Source of the DNA: Methanotrichaceae archaeon | GTDB taxonomy: Archaea; Halobacteriota; Methanosarcinia; Methanotrichales; Methanotrichaceae | DNA: 64,000 bases | Direction: 5' to 3' | NCBI GenBank assembly: GCA_963748825.1 | Contig: CAVVKN010000018.1 | Coordinates: 32,001-96,000 of the forward strand | In this document: positions 10,191-19,054 of the stretch, piece by piece | How positions within the stretch are numbered: the first letter of the stretch is position 1 | Layout of the letters: each line of letters begins with the position of its first letter | Notes under the pieces: generated by a model | Database searches by the model: none | What the model was told of the DNA's origin: nothing | What the model saw: only the letters and a program-made list of their open reading frames with translations | Made by a program: the position numbers and the translations under genes

Positions 10191-12152
10191 GTGACAGAAA
10201 AGATGCAATGTATTAAAAAAGCATCGCAGAATCCATCCCTCAAGCCAGCGAATGCCAGACTCCTGCAACGCCAGTGCGCCTGTGGCCAGCATGCTATAGG
10301 CGGTTATTGTGAGGAGTGCAGTAAAGAGAAGGGGGTTTTTCAGAGGGCTTCTTTTGAAATTATGACTAATTCAGTGCCGCCCATAGTTCATGAGTTGCTA
10401 AGGTCGCCGGGGCAGCTGCTTGATATTGGGAACAGCCCGTTCATGAAGCCGCGCTTAGGTCATGACTTCAGCCAGATGCCAGTTCATCCAACCAAGGGAG
10501 TGACTATTCAGCCGAAGCTGGTTGTCAGTCAACCCGGAGATCATTATGAGAAGGAAGCAGATCGAGTTGCGGATATCGTAACTCGAATGCCGGCATCACA
10601 GACCACCGCGGGAGAAGTAATGAGTCAACTAACTCAGCCATTATACATCCAGCGCTTAGGTCCAGAGGATGAAGAAAAACTACATCAATCGCCAGAGGAG
10701 GAAGAAGAGGAAGAAGGAGATGAAGCCCTTCAGGCTAAAGAAGTCCCAGGCCGAACTTCTATGGTTTCGATCGGTTTTGAGAACTACCTTCAGTCCATCA
10801 GAGGAGGCGGCGAGCCGTTGCCGAGACCTGTCCGTTCCTTCTTCGAGCCACGCTTCGGCCACGATTTTAGCCAAGTTCGCATTCATGCGAATAGCGAGGC
10901 AACCAAGTCGGCACAGAGAATGAATGCGCGAGCGTACACCGTCAGTCACGATATAGTCTTTGGGCTTGGTGAGTACTCGCCGGGCACAGACAAGGGGAGA
11001 CTACTGCTTGCCCACGAGCTGGCGCACGTTATCCAGCAGTCGTCTGCCTCTCCTGGAGCGTCCGGACTCATTATGCGTGGCAAGGGAAAAGCTATCCAGA
11101 AAATCGCCGGATGGATCGTTAGAGTAGGTGAGCGTAAACTAATCAAAAAAGCTGCGATATATACTGAGAAGGAGATGGCGAAGCTGCTTGGGAATGGCTA
11201 TAACGTTCTCGTGAGAAGGGGGCGGTCAGTGGCGAAGAGAGTGGCGAAAAAAGTGTGGGGGGATGATGTAATCCATCACACTGGCCACATTATCAAGAAG
11301 ACTACGACGAAGGGCATGTCACATTTTCAACCTGGCAAACATTTGATCGGTAAATCAGGAGAAAAAGGATGGCACATCTTTTACGCTGCCGCTCCTATCC
11401 TATTCTTTTCGGAGGATGTGGAAGCTTTAGAGATCTACGACGACAAGTATCCCGGCAAGTCCATCGCGAATTATCTAACCGTTACAAAATATGTTGGAGA
11501 GGATTCGTGGTTATCTTACCTTGATTGGGTGAATCCTCTAGAATTGATTGCCATTGGAGGCGATATCGGTCGTGACAAGGATCGGGAGCGTACGAAAGAA
11601 CTCAAAGCAATCGTATTCAACCGAATCGCTGCCGACGGAACCATTCAAACGTATGAACTGGACCTCGAAGGACAATTGGTGCGTGTCATCATTGTCAAAC
11701 CGGGCGGACAGCAAAAAACCCTGAGCGCTGAGGAATATTATACCTTCCTGGCCAAGAATGCTGTCAAGTCATCACCAGAACCGGTTATACAAGATGGCAC
11801 CAAGCATCCGAATTATGCATCTACCTTCGATGCCGAATACCGCATCTATAACTCTAAGCAAGGTTGGGGTTGGGATTTCAAAACATTATCGTTCTTCCTT
11901 CCTGCAGAGGACTCAAAGAAACTTCAAAAGATTGGGCAGTTTTACGTTTGGGAGAATTTTTCAATCAAGTATGTCTATGCTTATGTCCATCCACGCTACC
12001 GAGTGGAGTTGCACCAGCCCGGATTTGAGGTGCCCGAAGAGCTGGTAGGTGAATACGCATCCAGTCGCAAGGACGCATTCTTACAGAATATGCTCAAATC
12101 GACGTTGCAGGCAAAAAAAGTCTTGAGTGCCGACCTCTGGAAGGCTAAGTAG
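10191..12152 (+). CDS. DUF4157 protein (one partial plus one full domain) with His-rich toxin-like C-terminus; putative effector 3
   Basis: PFMKPRLGHDFS (partial); IQPKLVVSQPGDHYEKEADRVA; FFEPRFGHDFSQVRIH...LLAHELAHVIQQ; then VIHHTGH...SHFQP...WHIFY. Confidence 0.8.
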   Translation: MTEKMQCIKKASQNPSLKPANARLLQRQCACGQHAIGGYCEECSKEKGVFQRASFEIMTNSVPPIVHELLRSPGQLLDIGNSPFMKPRLGHDFSQMPVHPTKGVTIQPKLVVSQPGDHYEKEADRVADIVTRMPASQTTAGEVMSQLTQPLYIQRLGPEDEEKLHQSPEEEEEEEGDEALQAKEVPGRTSMVSIGFENYLQSIRGGGEPLPRPVRSFFEPRFGHDFSQVRIHANSEATKSAQRMNARAYTVSHDIVFGLGEYSPGTDKGRLLLAHELAHVIQQSSASPGASGLIMRGKGKAIQKIAGWIVRVGERKLIKKAAIYTEKEMAKLLGNGYNVLVRRGRSVAKRVAKKVWGDDVIHHTGHIIKKTTTKGMSHFQPGKHLIGKSGEKGWHIFYAAAPILFFSEDVEALEIYDDKYPGKSIANYLTVTKYVGEDSWLSYLDWVNPLELIAIGGDIGRDKDRERTKELKAIVFNRIAADGTIQTYELDLEGQLVRVIIVKPGGQQKTLSAEEYYTFLAKNAVKSSPEPVIQDGTKHPNYASTFDAEYRIYNSKQGWGWDFKTLSFFLPAEDSKKLQKIGQFYVWENFSIKYVYAYVHPRYRVELHQPGFEVPEELVGEYASSRKDAFLQNMLKSTLQAKKVLSADLWKAK

Positions 12153-12640
12153 ATGACGCAGTATGAAGCTGGATCAGCGTTCATTCATGGTTCGTGATAA
12201 GGATTACAGCGGAATTCATCTTGGCATACCGGCCGCGTCTACGAAAGCGCTCGAGGCGCTAATTGGCGAACTGGCAACATCGCCTTTGGGACACTCACGT
12301 AGTTTTGCCGATCCCAGATAAACCGCCGCGACGGATCTTCGCTCGTGTGGTTATTGCCCGTTGGTTCTCGCATCGCATTGGAGTTGCGGTCGATTATATG
12401 ACGCAGATCCGAGTCCACAAGCAGGCTGGCATCGTCACATTGTCGCAACATTGTCTCATCTGAATTTCGAGAATGCTCGTGGTGATTTGCTTATTGTGGT
12501 TGCTCTAAGACGGATCATTCTGGTGTTGGCCGATTTGAAGTAGGAATTTACTTTAGTCAGTGGTTGCCTCATCATCTTTCTTCCAGTGATTTGTGGTATT
12601 ATGTGCATACCATGCGATGGATAAGGGTTCATCCAGACAA

Positions 12641-12661
12641 TAAATATCTATTCGATATTTA
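12641..12661. promoter_or_regulatory. Perfect 8-bp inverted repeat TAAATATC-N5-GATATTTA overlapping a TTTAAA TATA-like box, upstream of the baseplate module
   Basis: Seen directly; lies about 10 nt upstream of the AGGAGG RBS (12671-12676) in the only large intergenic gap of the eCIS locus. Confidence 0.5.
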
Positions 12662-12684
12662 AAGATAAATAGGAGGCTCAAACT

Positions 12685-13350
12685 ATTCCGACAGGTTTTC
12701 CCCAATCACCTCGTCTCAACCGAGGCGGCATCGTCCTGGTAGATCCAGAAACATCTCAGCCGCTGAAGATCATCGTCCTGCAGTATAACCCGGACACCAT
12801 CAACCGCACCCTGCAGGTCCAGGGCACAGGAGCAGAGTCAGGTGACCGCATGGAGGCCTTGCGCCTTAAGGGTCCTGCGGTTGAGACCATCAAGCTCGAA
12901 GCTGAGATCGATGCCACAGATCAGATCGAGTCGCCCGACGACCCCAGGAGCAAAAATACGATTCAGCATGGCATATATCCCCAGCTTGCTGCCCTGGAGA
13001 TCCTGGTCTATCCCACTGTGGACCAGCTTCAGTCAAACAACAACGACGCCAAGATGGGTACTATCGAGATCATCCCCATGCAAATGCCACTAACCCTCTT
13101 CGTCTGGTCCCAAAACAGGGTCGTTCCCGTTCGCATTACAGACTTCAGCATCACCGAGGAGGCTTTCGATACCTATCTCAATCCCATCAGGGCTAAAGTG
13201 AGCCTTGGATTTCGGGTTTTGAGCGTCAATGACCTCGGGTTCGACAACAAGGGTGGCGATCTTTTCCTAGCCTATCTGAGACAGAAAGAGACTCTGGCAG
13301 GGCTTAGTCCTGGTGGGACCTTCCAGGATCTGGGCATCGAAGGAATCTAG
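12685..13350 (+). CDS. CIS tube-like protein (Afp5/Afp7 class) with apparent ATT start codon
   Basis: Family-typical N-terminus (FPQSPRLNRGGIVLVDP...LQYNPDTINRTL) lies in frame upstream of the 12850 ATG. In-frame TAG at 12670, AGGAGG at 12671, ATT at 12685. Also TLFVWSQNRVVPVRIT..ITEEAFD..LNPIRAKV. Confidence 0.8.
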   Translation: MPTGFPQSPRLNRGGIVLVDPETSQPLKIIVLQYNPDTINRTLQVQGTGAESGDRMEALRLKGPAVETIKLEAEIDATDQIESPDDPRSKNTIQHGIYPQLAALEILVYPTVDQLQSNNNDAKMGTIEIIPMQMPLTLFVWSQNRVVPVRITDFSITEEAFDTYLNPIRAKVSLGFRVLSVNDLGFDNKGGDLFLAYLRQKETLAGLSPGGTFQDLGIEGI

Positions 13351-13356
13351 CGAGGT

Positions 13357-13674
13357 TTGTACATGTTTCCCCCAACCAGCCGGTATAGCGGCATTGAGAT
13401 CGCAAAGTTCGTGGATGCAGACGGCAAAACCACCGTCTACCTGCGCCGCAGGTTTCTGCCTTCTCCAGATCGCTTTCATCTATTGCAGGAACACACTGTG
13501 ACTGCGGGCGAAAGGCTGGATAACATCACAGCCAGATATCTGGTCGATCCTGAGCAGTTCTGGAGGATATGTGATGCCAATTCAGCCATGAATCCGGAGG
13601 ATCTGCTGAAACCCATCGGCCGCAAGCTGCGCATAACATTGCCCGAGGGCCTGCCGGGGGTGCCGGATGCTTAA
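13357..13674 (+). CDS. LysM-like baseplate protein
   Basis: HTVTAGERLDNITARYLVDPEQFWRICDAN; start could be ATG 13363. Confidence 0.85.
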   Translation: MYMFPPTSRYSGIEIAKFVDADGKTTVYLRRRFLPSPDRFHLLQEHTVTAGERLDNITARYLVDPEQFWRICDANSAMNPEDLLKPIGRKLRITLPEGLPGVPDA

Positions 13675-14788
13675 AGGGATTCATCTCACCCTACTCATAG
13701 GGCCGACCATACCTGTTATTGCGCCGCATGCCGTGATGGATGCGCTAACCAGTATCCAGGTAACAACTTCCGCCGGCCAGAGAAGCGGTTTTCAGCTCTC
13801 CTTTGCTCTCAGCAAGGAATCTTTGCTTAATAGAGTGCTGATTCCAGCAGGCTACTTCGACCCTAAGATTAGAGTGATTATTGTCGTTACCATGAATGGA
13901 ATGCCCAATGTTTTGATGGATGGAATAATAACTCAGCAGGCCGTGAACCCCAGCAATGAGCCGGGTCAGTCTACACTTACCGTCACGGGAGAAGACTTGA
14001 GCTTGTTATTGGACCTGGAAGAGATCAGTATGTGCTATCCTTGCATGCCTCATCAGGCTATAGTGGCTATGATCTGTCTCAAATATGCATTTTATGGCAT
14101 AGTTCCCTTGCCTATCCCTCCTCTGCTAATGGACATTCCCAATCCCCTAGAAAAAATACCCGTCCAGTCTGGAACTGATCTCGCTTATATAAGCCAACTG
14201 GCCAAAGATGTAGGTCATATTTTTTATATTGAACCTGGACCTCTGCCCGGTGCCAATATCGCCTATTGGGGACCTGAGATTCGGATTGGCCTTCCTCAAC
14301 CAGCCTTGAGCATCAATATGGATGCAGACACAAATGTCGAATCGTTGAGCTTCACCTTTGATGGCTTGGCTAAAAAGCAGATGACAATCAACATCACCGA
14401 ACCTATCACTAAGATCACGATCCCCATACCAGTCCCTGATGTGGGATTATTGCGGCCTCCTTTGGCCTCAAGACCTGCTACATCATTACGCACAGGCCCA
14501 GTGCCTTGCACAGCGAAGCAGAACCCGATTCGTGCTGCTTTATTTGGATTATCCATGACTGCCGAGGCTTCGGATTCGATTAGTGGTTCTGGACAGTTGG
14601 ATGTCCTTCGATATGGACATGTATTGAAGGCTCGGGGATTGGTATCTGTACGTGGTGCTGGTTTGGCTTATGATGGTTTCTATTTCGTGAAAAGTGTGAC
14701 CCACAACATCAAACGGGGTGAGTACAAGCAGAGCTTCACTCTAGCCAGGGATGGACTTATTTCGCTCACACCTAAGGTGATGCCATGA
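13667..14788 (+). CDS. Baseplate hub protein (gp27 / late control D / VgrG N-terminal-like)
   Basis: LTVTGEDLS, QSGTDLAYI, GQLDVLRYGHVLKARGLVSVRGAG..YDGFYFVKSVTH; position between LysM and spike genes. Confidence 0.8.
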   Translation: MLKGIHLTLLIGPTIPVIAPHAVMDALTSIQVTTSAGQRSGFQLSFALSKESLLNRVLIPAGYFDPKIRVIIVVTMNGMPNVLMDGIITQQAVNPSNEPGQSTLTVTGEDLSLLLDLEEISMCYPCMPHQAIVAMICLKYAFYGIVPLPIPPLLMDIPNPLEKIPVQSGTDLAYISQLAKDVGHIFYIEPGPLPGANIAYWGPEIRIGLPQPALSINMDADTNVESLSFTFDGLAKKQMTINITEPITKITIPIPVPDVGLLRPPLASRPATSLRTGPVPCTAKQNPIRAALFGLSMTAEASDSISGSGQLDVLRYGHVLKARGLVSVRGAGLAYDGFYFVKSVTHNIKRGEYKQSFTLARDGLISLTPKVMP

Positions 14789-15327
14789 ATGAAGAAAATT
14801 GCAAGAAATTTAACGGCTTATATAAAGGTACTGTAGTATCAAATATTGATCCATTGACTCAAGGAAGGCTGTTGGTCAGAGTACCAGATGCTCTAGGGAG
14901 CCTTCCATGCGTCTGGGCTGAGTCTGCGAGCCCTCTGGCAGGCCCTCAAATGGGAGTATATATGGTTCCTCCTATTAATGCAGGTGTTTGGGTATTATTC
15001 CAAAATGGAGACCCCAACTTCGCAGTCTGGACGGGTTGCTGGCGTGGATCTCCAACTGATGTACCCCTAAAAGCGTTATCAGCGCCACCTGGTGTTCCTC
15101 CTATATTGATTCAATCAACGACCCAAAATAAAATAATAATCAGTAATGTTCCTCTTCCTACGGAAGGCATCATACTGGAGACAACCTTGGGCGAATTAGG
15201 GCCGCGTATTGAGATTACCAATACAAGCATCACAATTTCAGCTGGCATTGGCAGGCCGTCCATCAAGGTGGACCAAGCCATGGTGAACATAAACAATGGT
15301 GCTCTAACTGTTGTAGGGCCGGGATAA
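14785..15327 (+). CDS. Baseplate assembly protein V / gp5 OB-fold spike
   Basis: GLYKGTVVSNIDPLTQGRLLVRVP...VWVLFQNGDPNFAVWTGCW, followed by beta-strand repeats. Confidence 0.85.
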   Translation: MNEENCKKFNGLYKGTVVSNIDPLTQGRLLVRVPDALGSLPCVWAESASPLAGPQMGVYMVPPINAGVWVLFQNGDPNFAVWTGCWRGSPTDVPLKALSAPPGVPPILIQSTTQNKIIISNVPLPTEGIILETTLGELGPRIEITNTSITISAGIGRPSIKVDQAMVNINNGALTVVGPG

Positions 15328-15342
15328 AGAAGGAGACAATCT

Positions 15343-15684
15343 ATGCCCGGACCTCTCTTTCATGTTGGCGCAGTTGCCACCTGTCCTCATATTGGTGGCC
15401 AGTTTGTGGTTACTACCACTAACACGCGAGTCTTAGTTAGCGGCATGCTAGTTGTGACCCTGACGGACATACTGAAGATTGCCCCAGGCTGTCCCTTCAC
15501 TGTGCCAGGCCCCAAGCCCCAGCCATGCTTTCTGGCAAAGCTGATCCCCTCTACCAGAGTCTTTGTGAATGGTCAGCCGGCAATCATTTACACTCCGGGC
15601 TCAGGCATCTGCCAAAGCGCGGAGCAGATTCCTTCGGGGCCTCCCATTGTCAGCACAATTCAAACCAGAGCTATTGGGATATGA
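15343..15684 (+). CDS. PAAR-like spike tip protein
   Basis: GAVATCPHIGG, GCPF..PQPC, RVFVNGQP, QTRAIGI; Cys/His-rich 113 aa after the spike gene. Confidence 0.75.
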   Translation: MPGPLFHVGAVATCPHIGGQFVVTTTNTRVLVSGMLVVTLTDILKIAPGCPFTVPGPKPQPCFLAKLIPSTRVFVNGQPAIIYTPGSGICQSAEQIPSGPPIVSTIQTRAIGI

Positions 15685-16052
15685 TGACTATGTATATCGA
15701 TTTTCCATATCACTTTGACGGCAGTGGCCGTACGGCCTCCGCAGATTACGACGACCATATTAGGGATATGATAGAACAGTTTCTGTTCACGAATGCAGGG
15801 GAGCGGGTCAACCGTCCTGACTTCGGCAGCGGACTGCTTCAGATAGTTTTCGCTCCAAATATTCCAGAACTTGCGGCAACACTGCAGCTCACCATTCAGG
15901 CAGGGCTTCAGCGCTGGCTTGGTGATTTAATAGACATCCATGCCTTGCAGGTCGCCAGCGAGGAGTCCGTTCTGAGGATACTTGTTCAATATGTAGTGCG
16001 AAAGACTGGGGAGCGTCGTACTGAACTCTTTCAGAGGGGTGGTTTGCTTTGA
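15681..16052 (+). CDS. gp25/GPW baseplate wedge protein
   Basis: HIRDMIEQFLFTNAGERVNRPDFGSGL. Confidence 0.9.
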   Translation: MMTMYIDFPYHFDGSGRTASADYDDHIRDMIEQFLFTNAGERVNRPDFGSGLLQIVFAPNIPELAATLQLTIQAGLQRWLGDLIDIHALQVASEESVLRILVQYVVRKTGERRTELFQRGGLL

Positions 16053-19000
16053 GAAATGCAGATTTGGCATGCAAGAAGGAGGGGCGTCGCAAACAGATCC
16101 GGAAGGAAGCAACCTCTGAAGAAGGCTTGAATGGCATAGATTACGTGGAAGTAGTTATCAAACCAAAATCGTCAAACTCAGATCCAATCAAGGATGTGTA
16201 TCTTGAGGTCCACCTCTTTAAGAATATAAAGAATAGCATTGCAAGAGAGAATATTATAATCGAGGGTGGAAGAAGGATCCGCGATGTTTCAGTGCAGGAG
16301 AGCAATCCTTTGGGACGAAAAAATGATAAAGTTTTTAAAGGATTCCAAATAAAACTCAATAAGCTCGGAGATTTTTCTCAATATACACTTCGTTTGGTCG
16401 AGGTTGATGTAATTAAGCAACCAACCGATACACCTCTCAAAGGATTTGATCCTCGCTACGCTCAAATTGATTTCAGTTTCAGGCAAGGCTGCTCGAGCGA
16501 CCTGGACTGCAAGCAAAAACTCATCTGTCCGACCGATAGAAAAGAAGAACCAGAAATTAATTACCTGGCGAAAGATTATGCTAGCTTCAGACAACTGATC
16601 CTGGATAGGCTGTCATTGGTAATGCCTGACTGGAAGGAACGCCATGTTCCGGATATTGGAATCGCTTTGACCGAGATCCTAGCCTATACTGGAGACTATC
16701 TGAGCTATTATCAGGATGCTGTGGCAACTGAAGCCTATCTGATGACAGCGCGTCAACGCATCTCTGTGCGTCGTCATGCTCGGCTGGTTGACTACATAAT
16801 GCATGACGGCTGCAACGCAAGAGCCTATGTATTTGTCAAAACTGCTGACAACATAGATCTAGATTCTAGAGAAATTTTCTTCATATCCAGGAAAGACGAT
16901 CTGGCCAGAACCTCGAAAGCCGTCATTGCGAGGGAGGAGCTTATAGGTGTTCCTGAAAATAGCTACGAGGTTTTCCAGCCAATAGTTGAGATAAATGAAG
17001 AACCGCTAAATATAGAAAATGTAAATTTCTCTGAAGATATAATTATAAAACTTAGAGAGGCAGAAGATCCCATATCACAATGTATTTTCAAAGAGCTTTC
17101 TTCTGATCTTCAGGAGCAATTGAAGAAATTTATTCCTGGATCGATTATCGATGAGAAAATTATCGCAAAATTGATACAAGATCTCAATCGCTTAATACAT
17201 CTTGAGATACTGAGTCGATCATTGCTGGAGGAGATCTATCCAGGGCAAATAACCGGCAAGATGATTTCGTTATATAAAGCCCATAACGAGATCCCATTTT
17301 ATACTTGGGGCAACACGGAATGCTGTCTTGCCAAAGGAGCCACAAGTGCTTTCTTGAGAGATAAATGGCGTAATTTGCCAATAACTAATGCTGCAGGAGG
17401 TTCTCCTCCTCTTGAAGAGCAGCAGTTTAACCAATTGTTCCAATTATTCAATTTTAGCCCGAAAAATACTCATCCAGAAGAACAGTTAAAGGTTGATCTT
17501 GATAAACTGACTAAACCAGAATTTCGATCTTTGGAATTAAAAGTAGGCGATATACTCATCTTTGAGGAGGTAGCAGACCCGAAGACTGGAAACAGAGCTG
17601 ATAGGGATATTGCTCACCGCCAGGCTGTGCGCTTAACCAAGGTGGAGTTGAATTACGATCCGCTTTTGACAACTCCTGAAATCGTCAAGAAGGATAAAAC
17701 CGAAACCACAATCGATATACCCACTCCTGTCGTGGATATCGAGTGGGATTTGGAGGATGCCCTTCTCTTTCCATTATGCATATCAGCGATCGGTCCTGCT
17801 CCGGTGTGCCAGCTGAATGAAGCAATTAGTGTAGCCAGGGGAAATGTGATCCTTGTTGAACACGGAAGGGAGGTGAAAGAAGAACTTGGCTCTGTGCTTG
17901 TGGAAGAGATTACAGGAAAGTGCGATTGTGATTATCTCCCTGCTGAGACGTCGAGACTGCCCAGGAGGTTCAGGCCGAAATTGAGCAAAGCTCCCCTTAC
18001 CTTCAGCCAGCCTTTGCCAATCAATGGCTCAGCCAAGAGGTTTTTGGAACAGGACCCTCGCCAGGCTGAGCCTCAGATAAAATTGGTTGGAATTCCGAGC
18101 AGATGCAGTCTTGACTCTTTAGAGTGGACTTCACGGAGCGATCTCTTGAGTAGCGAGAGTGAGGATAGGCATTTCGTAGCTGAGATCGATGATGATGGCC
18201 AAGGTATACTGCGATTTGGTGATGGCGATCTTGGGAAGATGCCGGATGCGGGCACATATTTCTCAGCAATTTATCGTATCGGAACAGGGCATTCTGGAAA
18301 CGTAGGAGCTGAGTCCATTTCGTGCATGGTCTTCAAAAGAAATATGAAGAAGGGATTAGTCAGCGAAGTGCGCAATCCTCTGCCATCCCAGGGTGGCATG
18401 GACCCCGAATCCATACAGGAGGTTAAGCTCTTTGCCCCGGGAAGATTCCGCCAAGATCTGCAGAGGGCAATAGCGGCAGATGACTATGCCAGGCTTGCCG
18501 AGCGCAATCCAAGAGTGCAAAGAGCGGCGGCTATATTTCACTGGATGGGAGGCTGGTATGAGGTAAATGTGGCAGTAGATCCCAGAGGAACGGATGAAGC
18601 CAGCCCGGATCTGCTGAGTGAGGTAAAGAATTATTTGGAGCCATTTCATCGCATGGGCTATGACCTGAGAGTGGTTCCGGTTCAATATATCCCCATTGAG
18701 ATCGATATGACGATCGTCGTCAAGTCCGAATATTTGAAGGGCCATGTCAAAGCGGCAATGCAGGATCTTTTCAGCAGCCGCCTTCTGCCGGATGGTAATA
18801 TGGGCTACTTCCATCCGGATAACCTGAGCTTTGGAGTCAGCATCTTTTTGAGCAAGCTTGCTGCTGCGGCCCAGTTTGTGACGGGCGTTGAGAACGTTTG
18901 CATCACCAAGCTGCAAAGACTGGGGAGCGGCCCCGATCATGAGATGGAGAAAGGAGTTCTGGAAATTGGGCCTCTGGAGATTGCTCAGATGAATAACGAT

Positions 19001-19054
19001 CCCAACTTCCCGGAAAAAGGAATCTTAAATCTTGATATAAGAGGTGGACGATGA
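16049..19054 (+). CDS. Baseplate J-like protein (Afp11 class)
   Basis: INYLAKDYASFRQLILDRL, YYQDAVATEAYL.TARQRISVRRHARLVDY, LRFGDG..GKMP, RAIAADDY. Confidence 0.88.
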   Translation: MRNADLACKKEGRRKQIRKEATSEEGLNGIDYVEVVIKPKSSNSDPIKDVYLEVHLFKNIKNSIARENIIIEGGRRIRDVSVQESNPLGRKNDKVFKGFQIKLNKLGDFSQYTLRLVEVDVIKQPTDTPLKGFDPRYAQIDFSFRQGCSSDLDCKQKLICPTDRKEEPEINYLAKDYASFRQLILDRLSLVMPDWKERHVPDIGIALTEILAYTGDYLSYYQDAVATEAYLMTARQRISVRRHARLVDYIMHDGCNARAYVFVKTADNIDLDSREIFFISRKDDLARTSKAVIAREELIGVPENSYEVFQPIVEINEEPLNIENVNFSEDIIIKLREAEDPISQCIFKELSSDLQEQLKKFIPGSIIDEKIIAKLIQDLNRLIHLEILSRSLLEEIYPGQITGKMISLYKAHNEIPFYTWGNTECCLAKGATSAFLRDKWRNLPITNAAGGSPPLEEQQFNQLFQLFNFSPKNTHPEEQLKVDLDKLTKPEFRSLELKVGDILIFEEVADPKTGNRADRDIAHRQAVRLTKVELNYDPLLTTPEIVKKDKTETTIDIPTPVVDIEWDLEDALLFPLCISAIGPAPVCQLNEAISVARGNVILVEHGREVKEELGSVLVEEITGKCDCDYLPAETSRLPRRFRPKLSKAPLTFSQPLPINGSAKRFLEQDPRQAEPQIKLVGIPSRCSLDSLEWTSRSDLLSSESEDRHFVAEIDDDGQGILRFGDGDLGKMPDAGTYFSAIYRIGTGHSGNVGAESISCMVFKRNMKKGLVSEVRNPLPSQGGMDPESIQEVKLFAPGRFRQDLQRAIAADDYARLAERNPRVQRAAAIFHWMGGWYEVNVAVDPRGTDEASPDLLSEVKNYLEPFHRMGYDLRVVPVQYIPIEIDMTIVVKSEYLKGHVKAAMQDLFSSRLLPDGNMGYFHPDNLSFGVSIFLSKLAAAAQFVTGVENVCITKLQRLGSGPDHEMEKGVLEIGPLEIAQMNNDPNFPEKGILNLDIRGGR

